Of a DNA stretch of 64,000 nucleotides, positions 49,615-58,325 are shown in pieces. A program made the translations under genes and the position numbers. Under the pieces are notes generated by a model, which worked only from the letters and a program-made list of their open reading frames with translations, was not told the DNA's origin and did not search any database. Source of the DNA: Candidatus Poribacteria bacterium (GTDB taxonomy: Bacteria; Poribacteria; WGA-4E; WGA-3G). Within the stretch, counting starts at the first letter, position 1, and each line of letters starts with the position of its first letter. The DNA is taken from contig OZ251518.1 of NCBI GenBank assembly GCA_965242965.1, positions 2,144,001 through 2,208,000 on the forward strand, in the 5' to 3' direction.

Positions 49615-50729
49615 CGTTCTCCCTCTCGGATGATTTCGTTGTAGAGCGTGTCACGTTCAACAGGCACAAATCCTGCTTCTTCAATGAGGCGCGTGAGTGC
49701 TTGCACGGAGACTGCCTCCGGCGTATCTGCGCCAGCCATGTGCGTGATCTTCTCCTCTGTCACCGTGCCATCAATATCGTCTGCGCCAAAACGAAGCGCG
49801 ACTTGGGCGGTTTTCAACCCTGTCATAATCCAATATACCTTGATGTGCGGCAGGTTATCTAGCATCAGTCGCGCCACGGCGATGTTACGCAGGTCTGTCA
49901 CCCCGGAAGTTGAGGGGAGGTATGCCATCCGCGTGTTAGCAGGATGAAACGCCAGGGGAATGAACGTCACAAATCCGCCGGATTTATCCTGCTGTTCGCG
50001 CAAGCGAATGAGATGATCTACGCGGTCTTCGTTACTTTCAAGGTGCCCGTAGAGCATCGTCGCGTTGGTAGGAATACCGAGTCGGTGCGCAATGTCATGC
50101 ACCTCTAACCATCCCTCTGCGCTGAGTTTGCCGGGACAGATTTTCTCGCGCGTCTCTTCGGCGAACACCTCGGCACCGCCGCCGGGTAGCGAGTCTAACC
50201 CTGCATCCTTCAACTGCGTTAATACCTCCTCTATTGACATCTTAAAGATGCGCGAGAAGTGGTGAATTTCAACAGCCGTGAAGAATTTGAGGTGGACCTG
50301 GGGCATCCGTGCCTTAAGCCCACGAATGATGTCAAGGTAGTAGTCAAACGGCAGTTTGGGGTGCAGTCCGCCGACGCTATGAACCTCGGTGCATCCGTGC
50401 TCTATTGAATACATCGCCTTGTCCAAAAACTCGTCAACGCTCATCTCCCATGCGCCCTCGGTTTGCATATTTTTTCGGGCGAATGCACAGAAGTGGCAGC
50501 GCGCGTGCAGGATGCACACATTCGAGTAGTCAATGTGCTGGTTGATGTTATAGTAAGCGATGTTGCCGCTGAAACGTTCGCGGACGTGATTAGCGATGAA
50601 GCCGACACCGGTAATATCGGGGCTTTCGTAAAGCGCAACCCCGTCGTCAAAACTGAGGCGTTCCTCTGCCTTGACTTTATCGTAGATAGCCGGCAATCTG
50701 ATGTCTGTAAAGCGACTATAGTTCTCCAT
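49593..50729 (-). CDS. mqnE: Aminofutalosine synthase (radical SAM)
   Basis: VGGLHP, FTAVEI, LPGGGAE, NATMLYGH.E, FIPLAFHP, HIKVYW, GTV.EEKI.HMAGA; adjacent to mqnA. Confidence 0.88.
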   Translation of the reverse strand: MENYSRFTDIRLPAIYDKVKAEERLSFDDGVALYESPDITGVGFIANHVRERFSGNIAYYNINQHIDYSNVCILHARCHFCAFARKNMQTEGAWEMSVDEFLDKAMYSIEHGCTEVHSVGGLHPKLPFDYYLDIIRGLKARMPQVHLKFFTAVEIHHFSRIFKMSIEEVLTQLKDAGLDSLPGGGAEVFAEETREKICPGKLSAEGWLEVHDIAHRLGIPTNATMLYGHLESNEDRVDHLIRLREQQDKSGGFVTFIPLAFHPANTRMAYLPSTSGVTDLRNIAVARLMLDNLPHIKVYWIMTGLKTAQVALRFGADDIDGTVTEEKITHMAGADTPEAVSVQALTRLIEEAGFVPVERDTLYNEIIREGERWHRKAA

Positions 50730-50874
50730 TAATTTTCCTTATTTCATTAGGATAGACGCAAAACGATGCATTTGCGCCTATCCTGAAAAAATTTCTTGAC
50801 ATATATCTCACAATAAAGGTATTATAGCATAGTAATCTTAAAAATGCAAGAATTTTTGAAATCGAGATAAAATT

Positions 50875-51675
50875 ATGCCAAAATTTGGACTGATTCATTA
50901 CAACTACGCCAGCAAGTCGCTTGACGATTTCCTGAAATTTACGAGTGAGACAGGGTTCGGCTACGTTGAACTGCAGATAAGCGATGTCTGGCAGGCGGAA
51001 ACGGCAGATGCGGAGAAGAACGCCGAACTTGTGCGGCAGCAGGTGGAGTCTTACGGCTTGCAAGTATCGGCACTGGCGGCGGGGAACGATTTCGTCGTGC
51101 TGGAAGAGGCGACTATCCGCGCGCAGGTGGAACGGATGGAACGCATCGCGGGCCTCGCGAAACGCCTCGGCACTTCGGTGCTTCGGACGGAAGGCGGCGC
51201 GCCGAAGGAAGCAGTGCCGGAAAGCCGATGGGTTGAAGCGATGGCGGGATGTCTCACAAGATGCCTTGAATTCGCAGAGCGGCACGATGTCTACCTCGCT
51301 GTCGACAACCACGGTCTGGTTACCAACGACGGTGATTTGCAGGTAGAACTCTTTGAGCGCGTCGCCTCCAAACGCGTCGGCGCGAACATGGACACGATGA
51401 ACTACCGCTGGGCAGGGCACGAACTGGAAACGGTAGGCAGGTATTATGAAATCGTCGCACCGTGGACGTTGCACACGCACCTGAAGGATGGCACCGGTTC
51501 GCGAGGCGATTATCGCGGCGAGGCACTCGGTGAAGGGGAAATCGAACTCGGGAAGGCAATCCGCTGCTTAAAAGCGGCTGGTTATGAGGGTGTCTGGTGC
51601 TGCGAGTATGAGGGACGCGAAAACGACGGCACGGGCCAGCGGAAGAGTTTCGCTTGGATGCAGGCGAATCTGTAA
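50875..51675 (+). CDS. Sugar phosphate isomerase/epimerase (xylose isomerase-like TIM barrel)
   Basis: GFGYVEL, LAVDNHG, NMDTMN, HTHLKD, CEYE. Confidence 0.85.
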   Translation: MPKFGLIHYNYASKSLDDFLKFTSETGFGYVELQISDVWQAETADAEKNAELVRQQVESYGLQVSALAAGNDFVVLEEATIRAQVERMERIAGLAKRLGTSVLRTEGGAPKEAVPESRWVEAMAGCLTRCLEFAERHDVYLAVDNHGLVTNDGDLQVELFERVASKRVGANMDTMNYRWAGHELETVGRYYEIVAPWTLHTHLKDGTGSRGDYRGEALGEGEIELGKAIRCLKAAGYEGVWCCEYEGRENDGTGQRKSFAWMQANL

Positions 51676-51682
51676 CACGAAA

Positions 51683-52498
51683 ATGCCACCTCGCATTATC
51701 ACCTTAACAACTGATTTCGGCACTAGCGACGCTTACGTCGGTGTCATGAAAGGCGTAATTCTGGGCATTAACCCGAATGCGCAGATAGTCGACATCACGC
51801 ATGCGATTCCGCCGCAAGATGTCCACGAAGCGGCGTTCCTCATTCATTCGGCGCACCGCTACTTCCCGCAAGGCACGATTCATACCATCGTCGTTGACCC
51901 GGGTGTCGGCAGCAATCGCCGGGCAATCGTTTGCCAAACCGACAGCGCGTTTTTCGTTTGTCCTGACAATGGGGTGTTAAGTTATCTGGTAGGGGAGAAC
52001 TCGGGGCTTGATGTCTCGGCGGTAACCATTGAAAACCCGACGTATCTCTTACCGCATGTCAGCAATACCTTCCACGGCAGAGATATTTTCGCCCCGGTTG
52101 CGGCGCATCTCTCCCTCGATGTGCCGCTTGCCGATATCGGAACCCCGGTTCACAACCTCGTTCAACTGCCAATTCCGACGATGCACATCGCTGAAGATAC
52201 GCTGATCGGAGAGATTATCAAGGTGGATAGTTTCGGGAATCTGATAACGAATATCTCACAGTCGGATTTTGTGGCGTTCACGGGAACCGCTTCTGTCTAT
52301 ACCATTCAGGCAGGCGACGTGTGTATTAACCGTCTGAACCGTGCCTATGCCGCGTCTGATACAGGCGAACCGCTGGCGATTATTGGCAGCTTTGGGTTGC
52401 TAGAGATTGCAGTGAATTGTGGCAGTGCCGAAGAACATTTGGGATTGAAACGGGGGGATGCCGTTAGTATCAAGAAAAAACGCGCGCCCAACGAATAA
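51683..52498 (+). CDS. SAM hydroxide adenosyltransferase / chlorinase family (DUF62)
   Basis: ITLTTDFG, DITH, VVDPGVGS.RR, PDNG, TFHGRDIFAP, DSFGNLITN. Confidence 0.92.
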   Translation: MPPRIITLTTDFGTSDAYVGVMKGVILGINPNAQIVDITHAIPPQDVHEAAFLIHSAHRYFPQGTIHTIVVDPGVGSNRRAIVCQTDSAFFVCPDNGVLSYLVGENSGLDVSAVTIENPTYLLPHVSNTFHGRDIFAPVAAHLSLDVPLADIGTPVHNLVQLPIPTMHIAEDTLIGEIIKVDSFGNLITNISQSDFVAFTGTASVYTIQAGDVCINRLNRAYAASDTGEPLAIIGSFGLLEIAVNCGSAEEHLGLKRGDAVSIKKKRAPNE

Positions 52499-52514
52499 TA
52501 GCAACAAGTTATAG

Positions 52515-52780
52515 GAGGGTGTTTCATAAATCGCTCAACGTCGCGGTGCCAGACCCCGCGCTACGGTGAAAAAACGCCTCCCTTTCACGTAGGGCGAGGG
52601 CCTGTCCCTCGCCACGCGTTTGGCTGGTAGACCGCCTCACCCCTGTAGATCAGGATCGCCTGATCCTGATCCGTTCGGGATCGGGCGATCCCGAACTACA
52701 AAGGTGGGCCCGATGTCTTCTGGTATTCGCCCTCCCTCCAAGGCGGGATAAATGCCGAAACGGAGTTATGAAACTCCCTC
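52515..52780. mobile_element. MITE-like element with REP cargo
   Basis: GAGGGTGTTTCATAA...TTATGAAACTCCCTC; internal order as in 29653-30043. Confidence 0.78.
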
Positions 52781-52802
52781 AAATAAATAGGAGAAAATCG
52801 AA

Positions 52803-53804
52803 TTGAAAGAGATTGTTTTAACAGGCATCAAACCGACAGGGCAGCCGCACCTCGGCAACTACCTCGGCATGCTGAAACCCGCGCTGGAACTCGCGGAAGA
52901 CCCGGGTAAAGAGAGACTCGCACTCTACTTCATCGCCGATTACCACGCACTCACCACGGTAAAAAGCAAGAAAGAGTTGCAGGATTTGACAAACCAGGCC
53001 GCCGCGACCTGGCTGGCATTGGGACTTAACCCGGACGAGGCAATTCTCTATCGCCAATCGGATGTACCGGAGGTGTTTGAGTTAGCGTGGGTGTTGGCAT
53101 GTTTCACGGCAAAGGGGTTGCTCAACCGCGCGCACGCCTATAAAGCGATAGTTGACGATAACCTCGCCGCCGGCCGTGAGGCGGACAAAGGCATCAACGC
53201 GGGCTTGTTCACGTATCCTGTTTTGATGGCGGCGGATATCCTGCTATACGGAACGCATATCGTCCCGGTCGGCTTGGATCAGCGGCAACACCTTGAAGTA
53301 ACGCGCGATGTCGCCATCGCCTTCAATAAAAACTACGGGAACGTTTTGACGGTGCCGAAAGCCGTCATCCGGAAAGAGGTGATGACTATCCCCGGTCTTG
53401 ACGGTAGGAAGATGAGCAAAAGTTACAACAACGTCATTCCGCTGTTCGCGCCATCAACCCAGATTCGGAAGCAGGTCCGACGGATTGTAACGGATTCTAA
53501 GCGGCCGGAAGAACCGAAGGATCCGGAGGGATGCAACGTCTTCGCTATCTATCGGCATTTTGCGGATGGGGATGCGGTTGAAGCGAAACGGCAGCTCTAT
53601 CTGAACGGCGGCCTCGGCTACGGCGACATGAAGCAGGAGCTCTTCGAGTTGTTAGACGCGACCTTTTCCGCACAGCGCGATACGTATAACGCATTGATGG
53701 AAAATCGGGACGAGTTGGACACGGTGCTTCGGCACGGTGCTGAGAAAGCGCGGGACATTGCGGTGCCGATTTTGCGTAAGGTTCGGAAGGCGGTGGGGGT
53801 GTAG
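52803..53804 (+). CDS. trpS: Tryptophan-tRNA ligase
   Basis: TGIKPTG.PHLGNY, ADYHALT, YPVLMAADIL, VPVG.DQ.QH, KMSKS. Confidence 0.97.
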   Translation: MKEIVLTGIKPTGQPHLGNYLGMLKPALELAEDPGKERLALYFIADYHALTTVKSKKELQDLTNQAAATWLALGLNPDEAILYRQSDVPEVFELAWVLACFTAKGLLNRAHAYKAIVDDNLAAGREADKGINAGLFTYPVLMAADILLYGTHIVPVGLDQRQHLEVTRDVAIAFNKNYGNVLTVPKAVIRKEVMTIPGLDGRKMSKSYNNVIPLFAPSTQIRKQVRRIVTDSKRPEEPKDPEGCNVFAIYRHFADGDAVEAKRQLYLNGGLGYGDMKQELFELLDATFSAQRDTYNALMENRDELDTVLRHGAEKARDIAVPILRKVRKAVGV

Positions 53805-53820
53805 TCTCGAATTTTCCGGT

Positions 53821-54322
53821 GTAACGCATATTCCAACGTAGGGCGAGGACCACGGGGACACATCGAGACCGGGAGGTCTCTCCTACATAACGCATATTCC
53901 AACGTAGGGCGAGGGCCCTCGGATGCCACACGCGCATCCGAGCGGGTTTCCCTCGCCATGCGTTTGGTTGGCAGACCTCATCACCCTTGTAGTTCAGGAT
54001 TGTCTGAAGCTCTGGCACATTTGCCAAGCGATCCTGACCCGTTCGGGAGCGGGCGCTCCCGAACTACAGAGGTGGGCCCGATACGCGCCCCCTCGCTTTT
54101 CTATCGGTATTCGTCCTTCCCCTAAGGGGCGTAAATTTATGATACACCCTCATCTAATTTTGACCCGGGCGGGCTCAATACCCAGTAGGAGAGACCTCCC
54201 GGTCTCGATGCAATATCCCGGTAGGAGAGACCTCCCGGTCTCGATGAATCACACCCCATCGGGACAAGGATGTCCCTCCTACCCAAATAACACCAGAAGT
54301 AGGCGCGCCCTCCCAGTCTCGA
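53821..54322. repeat. REP array with MITE-like terminus
   Basis: Multiple families; duplicated TAACGCATATTCCAACGTAGGGCGAGG. Confidence 0.85.
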
Positions 54323-54331
54323 TGCCCACTC

Positions 54332-56159
54332 TCAAATCGTTTTGAGTCTGCATTGCAATGCAAGGTTCGCCGCCAGCGTATCCGTTAACGCAACATCCCG
54401 GCAGACAAACACAGAATCCTTTGACAACCCTAGACGTTCTATATCCCTCGGCACAAGTTCAGCATCCAAACAGACGTGGAACATCTGCGACTTATCAGGC
54501 GCGACAATGCGAAAAACCGTATTCGTTGCAAGGCCTGCAACGCGCGCAATTGTGCTATCAAGCGGGTATCCCTCTTTAAGCGCAACTTCATAAAGGACAT
54601 CCTCTTCGCGCCACCCTTCCCGAAGCGCATCAATGGCGTTTTCCAACTGCGCGATGTAAGTTTGCACATCCTCGGTGCGGACATCGTCTTCTGTCCGATA
54701 GTTGGACTCGGCAAGTTTGAAGACGCGGCAGCCGGCGTTTTCTCGCAAACACACGCGGCGAACCCGTTCTTTGCCAATCTCGGCAATCGTCTCAAATCCT
54801 GCCTTGCGCGCATCCGATTTTTCCGGGGTAGGTTCCGGCAGTTGCACCATGATAAATTGCCGCGCACCGGAATCTTCCCGATTGAGCTCCAACACTGCCT
54901 CTGCTGTCGTGCAGGAGCCCGCGAAGAAATCCAAAACGATGGAATCTGCGTCAGTGCTGAACTGCAGGAGGTGTTTGATTAAACCCACCGGTTTCGGAAA
55001 ATCAAAAATGAAAACATCGTCTCTCTCGAAAAGTTTACGAAGTTGCGCCGTGCCGTGGCTAGTCTGCTCCATATCTGTCAGCAGACTTCGCATGACTCTC
55101 GCGGAAGAATTCAGATAGTGCTTGTATTCTACCTGCCATTCGCCGTTGGCATTCTGCTTGAAAACGATTTTATTCTCCGCTTTCCAATGCAGAAAACGCG
55201 CCTCCGACCAGGCCCAGTATTTCACAATCTTTGAGCCATCGGGACACGCAATCGCATACCGACGACTTTCACGCTGATGCCGGAGAGGTGCTTCCAGCCG
55301 AAAAGTTTTGTAGGGACCGAGTTGTTCATAATGCGCATCTTTCCCCTGATATGCCGCTTGCTCTTTTTCGGTCAGCGGCCGCCTGAGCCTGCCTACTTCA
55401 TCTCGGCTTTTGGCATACATGAGGATATACTCATGATTCGTCGCGAGGTGCTTCATGTTATTCCCGCCGCCGCTATTTCGTTGCCAAATCAACTGTTGCA
55501 TGAAATTCTCTTCCCCGAAAATTTCGTTCATCAGCAGGCGGAGGTTATGCCCCTCGCGGTCATCGATACTGACGAAGATGAGGCCATCATCCGTGAGTAA
55601 CTGCCGCGCAAGGAAAAGGCGTGGATACATCATCGACAACCACGCCGAGTGGTAACGGCCGCTACGCTCTGGATTGCTCGTCTGCAGATTGCCGGCGGCA
55701 TCAAGCTGCCCTGACAATTGCAGGCAGGCATCCAACGGCTTCGCGTAGTTATCGGGATAGACAAAGTCGTTGCCGGTGTTGTAAGGCGGATCGATGTAAA
55801 TCGCCTTCACGCGTCCGAAATAGGGTTTGTAGAGGAGTTTCAGCACCTCCAGGTTATCACCTTCAATGAAAAGGTTTGAAGTGCTGTCAAACTGAAGTGA
55901 CTCCTCTCGGCATGGAATAAGGGTAGCCTCGGTAGGGACGTTGAGCAGGCGGATGGATTCGCGCTTGCCTGCCCAATTGAAGTGATACCTATCCTTGGCG
56001 TTTACCCCCCCCTTCACAAATCTCTAGTATATTTGCAAGTTTCTCCATGTCCACTTCGCCTTCGGTGAGGCATTCGGGGAAAAGTTGCTTGAGTTGTCGG
56101 AGCCGCTCCTCGTTTAGGGCGGGTGTCGTTTTCGGGGTTTTATCGGTTTTCATTAGCAT
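54332..56159 (-). CDS. mod: Type III R-M Mod-like adenine methyltransferase, frameshifted at a G8 tract (56005-56012)
   Basis: Upstream frame RLRQLKQLFPECLTEGEVD; downstream IEGDNLEVLK, IYIDPPYNTG, WLSMMYPRL, FPKPV, LDFFAGS. Confidence 0.85.
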
Positions 56160-56235
56160 TTTCCTTCGGCAGGCGCGGTTCGTCCTGCGTAAGTCCTCTA
56201 TGAACGGGCATTAGAAATTCCGCAACGTTCTTCCC

Positions 56236-56714
56236 CGTAGGAGAGACCTTCCGGGCTCGATGCATTCCGGTAGGAGAGACATCCTGGTCTCGATGTTCCC
56301 GCAGCGCGGGGGACAGGCCCCCGAGATCTCTGTCGTCTCAATGCGTTCTTAGGTCCTTTAGGACCTACATGTCTATAGAAAAACGTGTCGTCCCATTTTC
56401 AAGGACTTTTAGGTCCTTAATAAAAAACACGCGAGGCATGTCAAAATCTATTAAGGACCTAAAGGACCTTAGAGCCTTTTGCGTTTCGGTTGCTATAGAC
56501 ATTAAGGTCCTACGGACCTGAAGAGAAGAAGAGACGTTTTTCCGTAGCACCGACGATGGCGAGGGACAGGCCCTCGCCCTACGATGAAGGGGGATTTCTG
56601 CCGCCGAGCCCCGGGAGGCGTGCCGCCCTATCGCATCGAGACCAGGTAGTCTCTCCTACCGGCAATAGCGCGGGGGCTGTCACCGCGACATTGAGCGATT
56701 TATGAAACACCCTC
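56236..56714. repeat. REP array with AGGTCC palindromic element and MITE terminus
   Basis: Inverted copy of 38912-39090; GATTTATGAAACACCCTC. Confidence 0.85.
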
Positions 56715-56717
56715 ATA

Positions 56718-56987
56718 TTAGACCGTTACGGCAATGAGCGGCACATCGCGGACCGGCATCTGCGCGCCGAGTTCGGCCGGCATCTCTTCGCCATGTTCCA
56801 ACAAACACTCAAAGAGCAGTTTAACAGCGTCTTCAAGGTTTTCTAACGCTTCTTTCTGCGTATATCCCCAACTTGCTGCACCGCGGTGCTCCAGCGAGGG
56901 AATATAGGCACGCCAGACGGCTTTCTCGTCGGGTTCGTCGGGCCATTTGTCCTTCTCTAGGACAACCTCAAACGTGTAGGTTTTCAT
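56718..56987 (-). CDS. HicB-family antitoxin
   Basis: AYIPSL..GAASWG.T..EALENL.DAV...L.HGE.MP. Confidence 0.8.
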   Translation of the reverse strand: MKTYTFEVVLEKDKWPDEPDEKAVWRAYIPSLEHRGAASWGYTQKEALENLEDAVKLLFECLLEHGEEMPAELGAQMPVRDVPLIAVTV

Positions 56988-57232
56988 GATGTCCCTCCAT
57001 TATTTAACAAAAATTTTTCAACGTTCCTTCCGATAGTTGGCGGTGGAAGTGGTTTATTGTCGCTATGGAAAATCTCTACCCACTCGTTAACGATTTCGCA
57101 GAGTTCGCGATAGACTTCAACCTCATCGTCACCATGTGCGCAAGGTCCGATGATGCCGGGGCAATACCCGATGAAACAGTCATCTTCGTCAGACCATTCC
57201 ACGATTTTGATGTAGTTCGCGCTTTCAGTCAC
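56984..57232 (-). CDS. HicB-like protein
   Basis: VEWSDEDDCFIGYCP...HGDD.......L......W......PLP. Confidence 0.75.
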   Translation of the reverse strand: MTESANYIKIVEWSDEDDCFIGYCPGIIGPCAHGDDEVEVYRELCEIVNEWVEIFHSDNKPLPPPTIGRNVEKFLLNNGGTS

Positions 57233-57312
57233 TTCTGTGCCTCCTTAATGCCTCTTTCAACTAACTTTTCTTGGAAAGGTTTGGCATCTTTTTCAAGGCA
57301 TAAAAATCCTAT

Positions 57313-58266
57313 CTACAAATGCGTGCGCATCAGTTTTTGATACTCGGTGTGCGCCGCCTGCGCGTCGTATTCGCCATCGAGAACGCGACGGAGACACCGC
57401 ACGAAGCCGATCGGCGCGTCTTCACCGAAGATGGTGCGGCCGAACAAAATGGCACGTCCACCATTCTGGACGACACTCTGCGCGAGGGAGAACGTGCTAC
57501 GCGCATTTTGCCGCGGACCACCTAAAGCACCGATAACCAGCGTCTCATCAAACTGGCACAACTCATGCCACACCTCTGCTGTCGTATAGGCGGTTTTGAT
57601 GAAACGCGGACGCTGATGTTTGCGCAAATAACTCATCGTGCGGACGATCGAATCGGCGACATACATCCCACGTTTCTCATCGTCCATCCCCGGTAATTTG
57701 ACGTTCGGGAGGAAGACTTCCAGCAGATGGTCGAACCCCTCAATCTCGCCGACGACGTGCGCAAATTGGATATACGCCTGCAACATCCGCTCGTCGGCGA
57801 TAGGCTCGTTGTTGAGCGTGATGGAATACAGCCCCAAGCTGACCCGGCATTCCAACGCCGGTGCGATGAGTGCCTCGCAATAGCGGTGCATATCCTCTGG
57901 GAATACCGTCTGGAACGGCATCGACGGCCGCGAAGTATAGGCACCGAAACGCGGGTTCCAGATGGCTGTCTCCGAGTTCATCCGGACAATCGGCGTGATG
58001 TGCGCGTTTTCAAATAGGTTTTCTTCGAGTGCCAGCGTTTCAGCATCGGCGGGTGTCATGAGGAGTCCGTCCAACTGCCCATCAGCGACGAGTTCGCGCT
58101 GGAGCTCCAAAAACTCCGCGTGCGTGCGGTAGTGCGGCTTGGGATGCTGCACCTGCCCAAGCCCCTTGATACCTGCCGATGCAAGCGGGTCCGCGGCGAA
58201 GACCAGGATGGGACGCCGCGCAAGCAGTTCGGTGTCAGCAAGTTTGTCAAATATCCGATTGCCCAT
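57313..58266 (-). CDS. Putative class I aldolase-like TIM-barrel protein
   Basis: F.AD, DGLL, LEVF, IKT.Y, LGG, FGR.IF pattern. Confidence 0.6.
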   Translation of the reverse strand: MGNRIFDKLADTELLARRPILVFAADPLASAGIKGLGQVQHPKPHYRTHAEFLELQRELVADGQLDGLLMTPADAETLALEENLFENAHITPIVRMNSETAIWNPRFGAYTSRPSMPFQTVFPEDMHRYCEALIAPALECRVSLGLYSITLNNEPIADERMLQAYIQFAHVVGEIEGFDHLLEVFLPNVKLPGMDDEKRGMYVADSIVRTMSYLRKHQRPRFIKTAYTTAEVWHELCQFDETLVIGALGGPRQNARSTFSLAQSVVQNGGRAILFGRTIFGEDAPIGFVRCLRRVLDGEYDAQAAHTEYQKLMRTHL

Positions 58267-58325
58267 GTATGATTCCTTTTTTTCAAACTTATGTCCCTTT
58301 CGGTTAGGGACGTTTTATGTCCAAT

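Noticed and set aside
51683-52498. Halogenase (fluorinase/chlorinase) biosynthetic locus
   Set aside because: TFHGRDIF-type DUF62 proteins are widespread SAM hydrolases, and there are no biosynthetic neighbours
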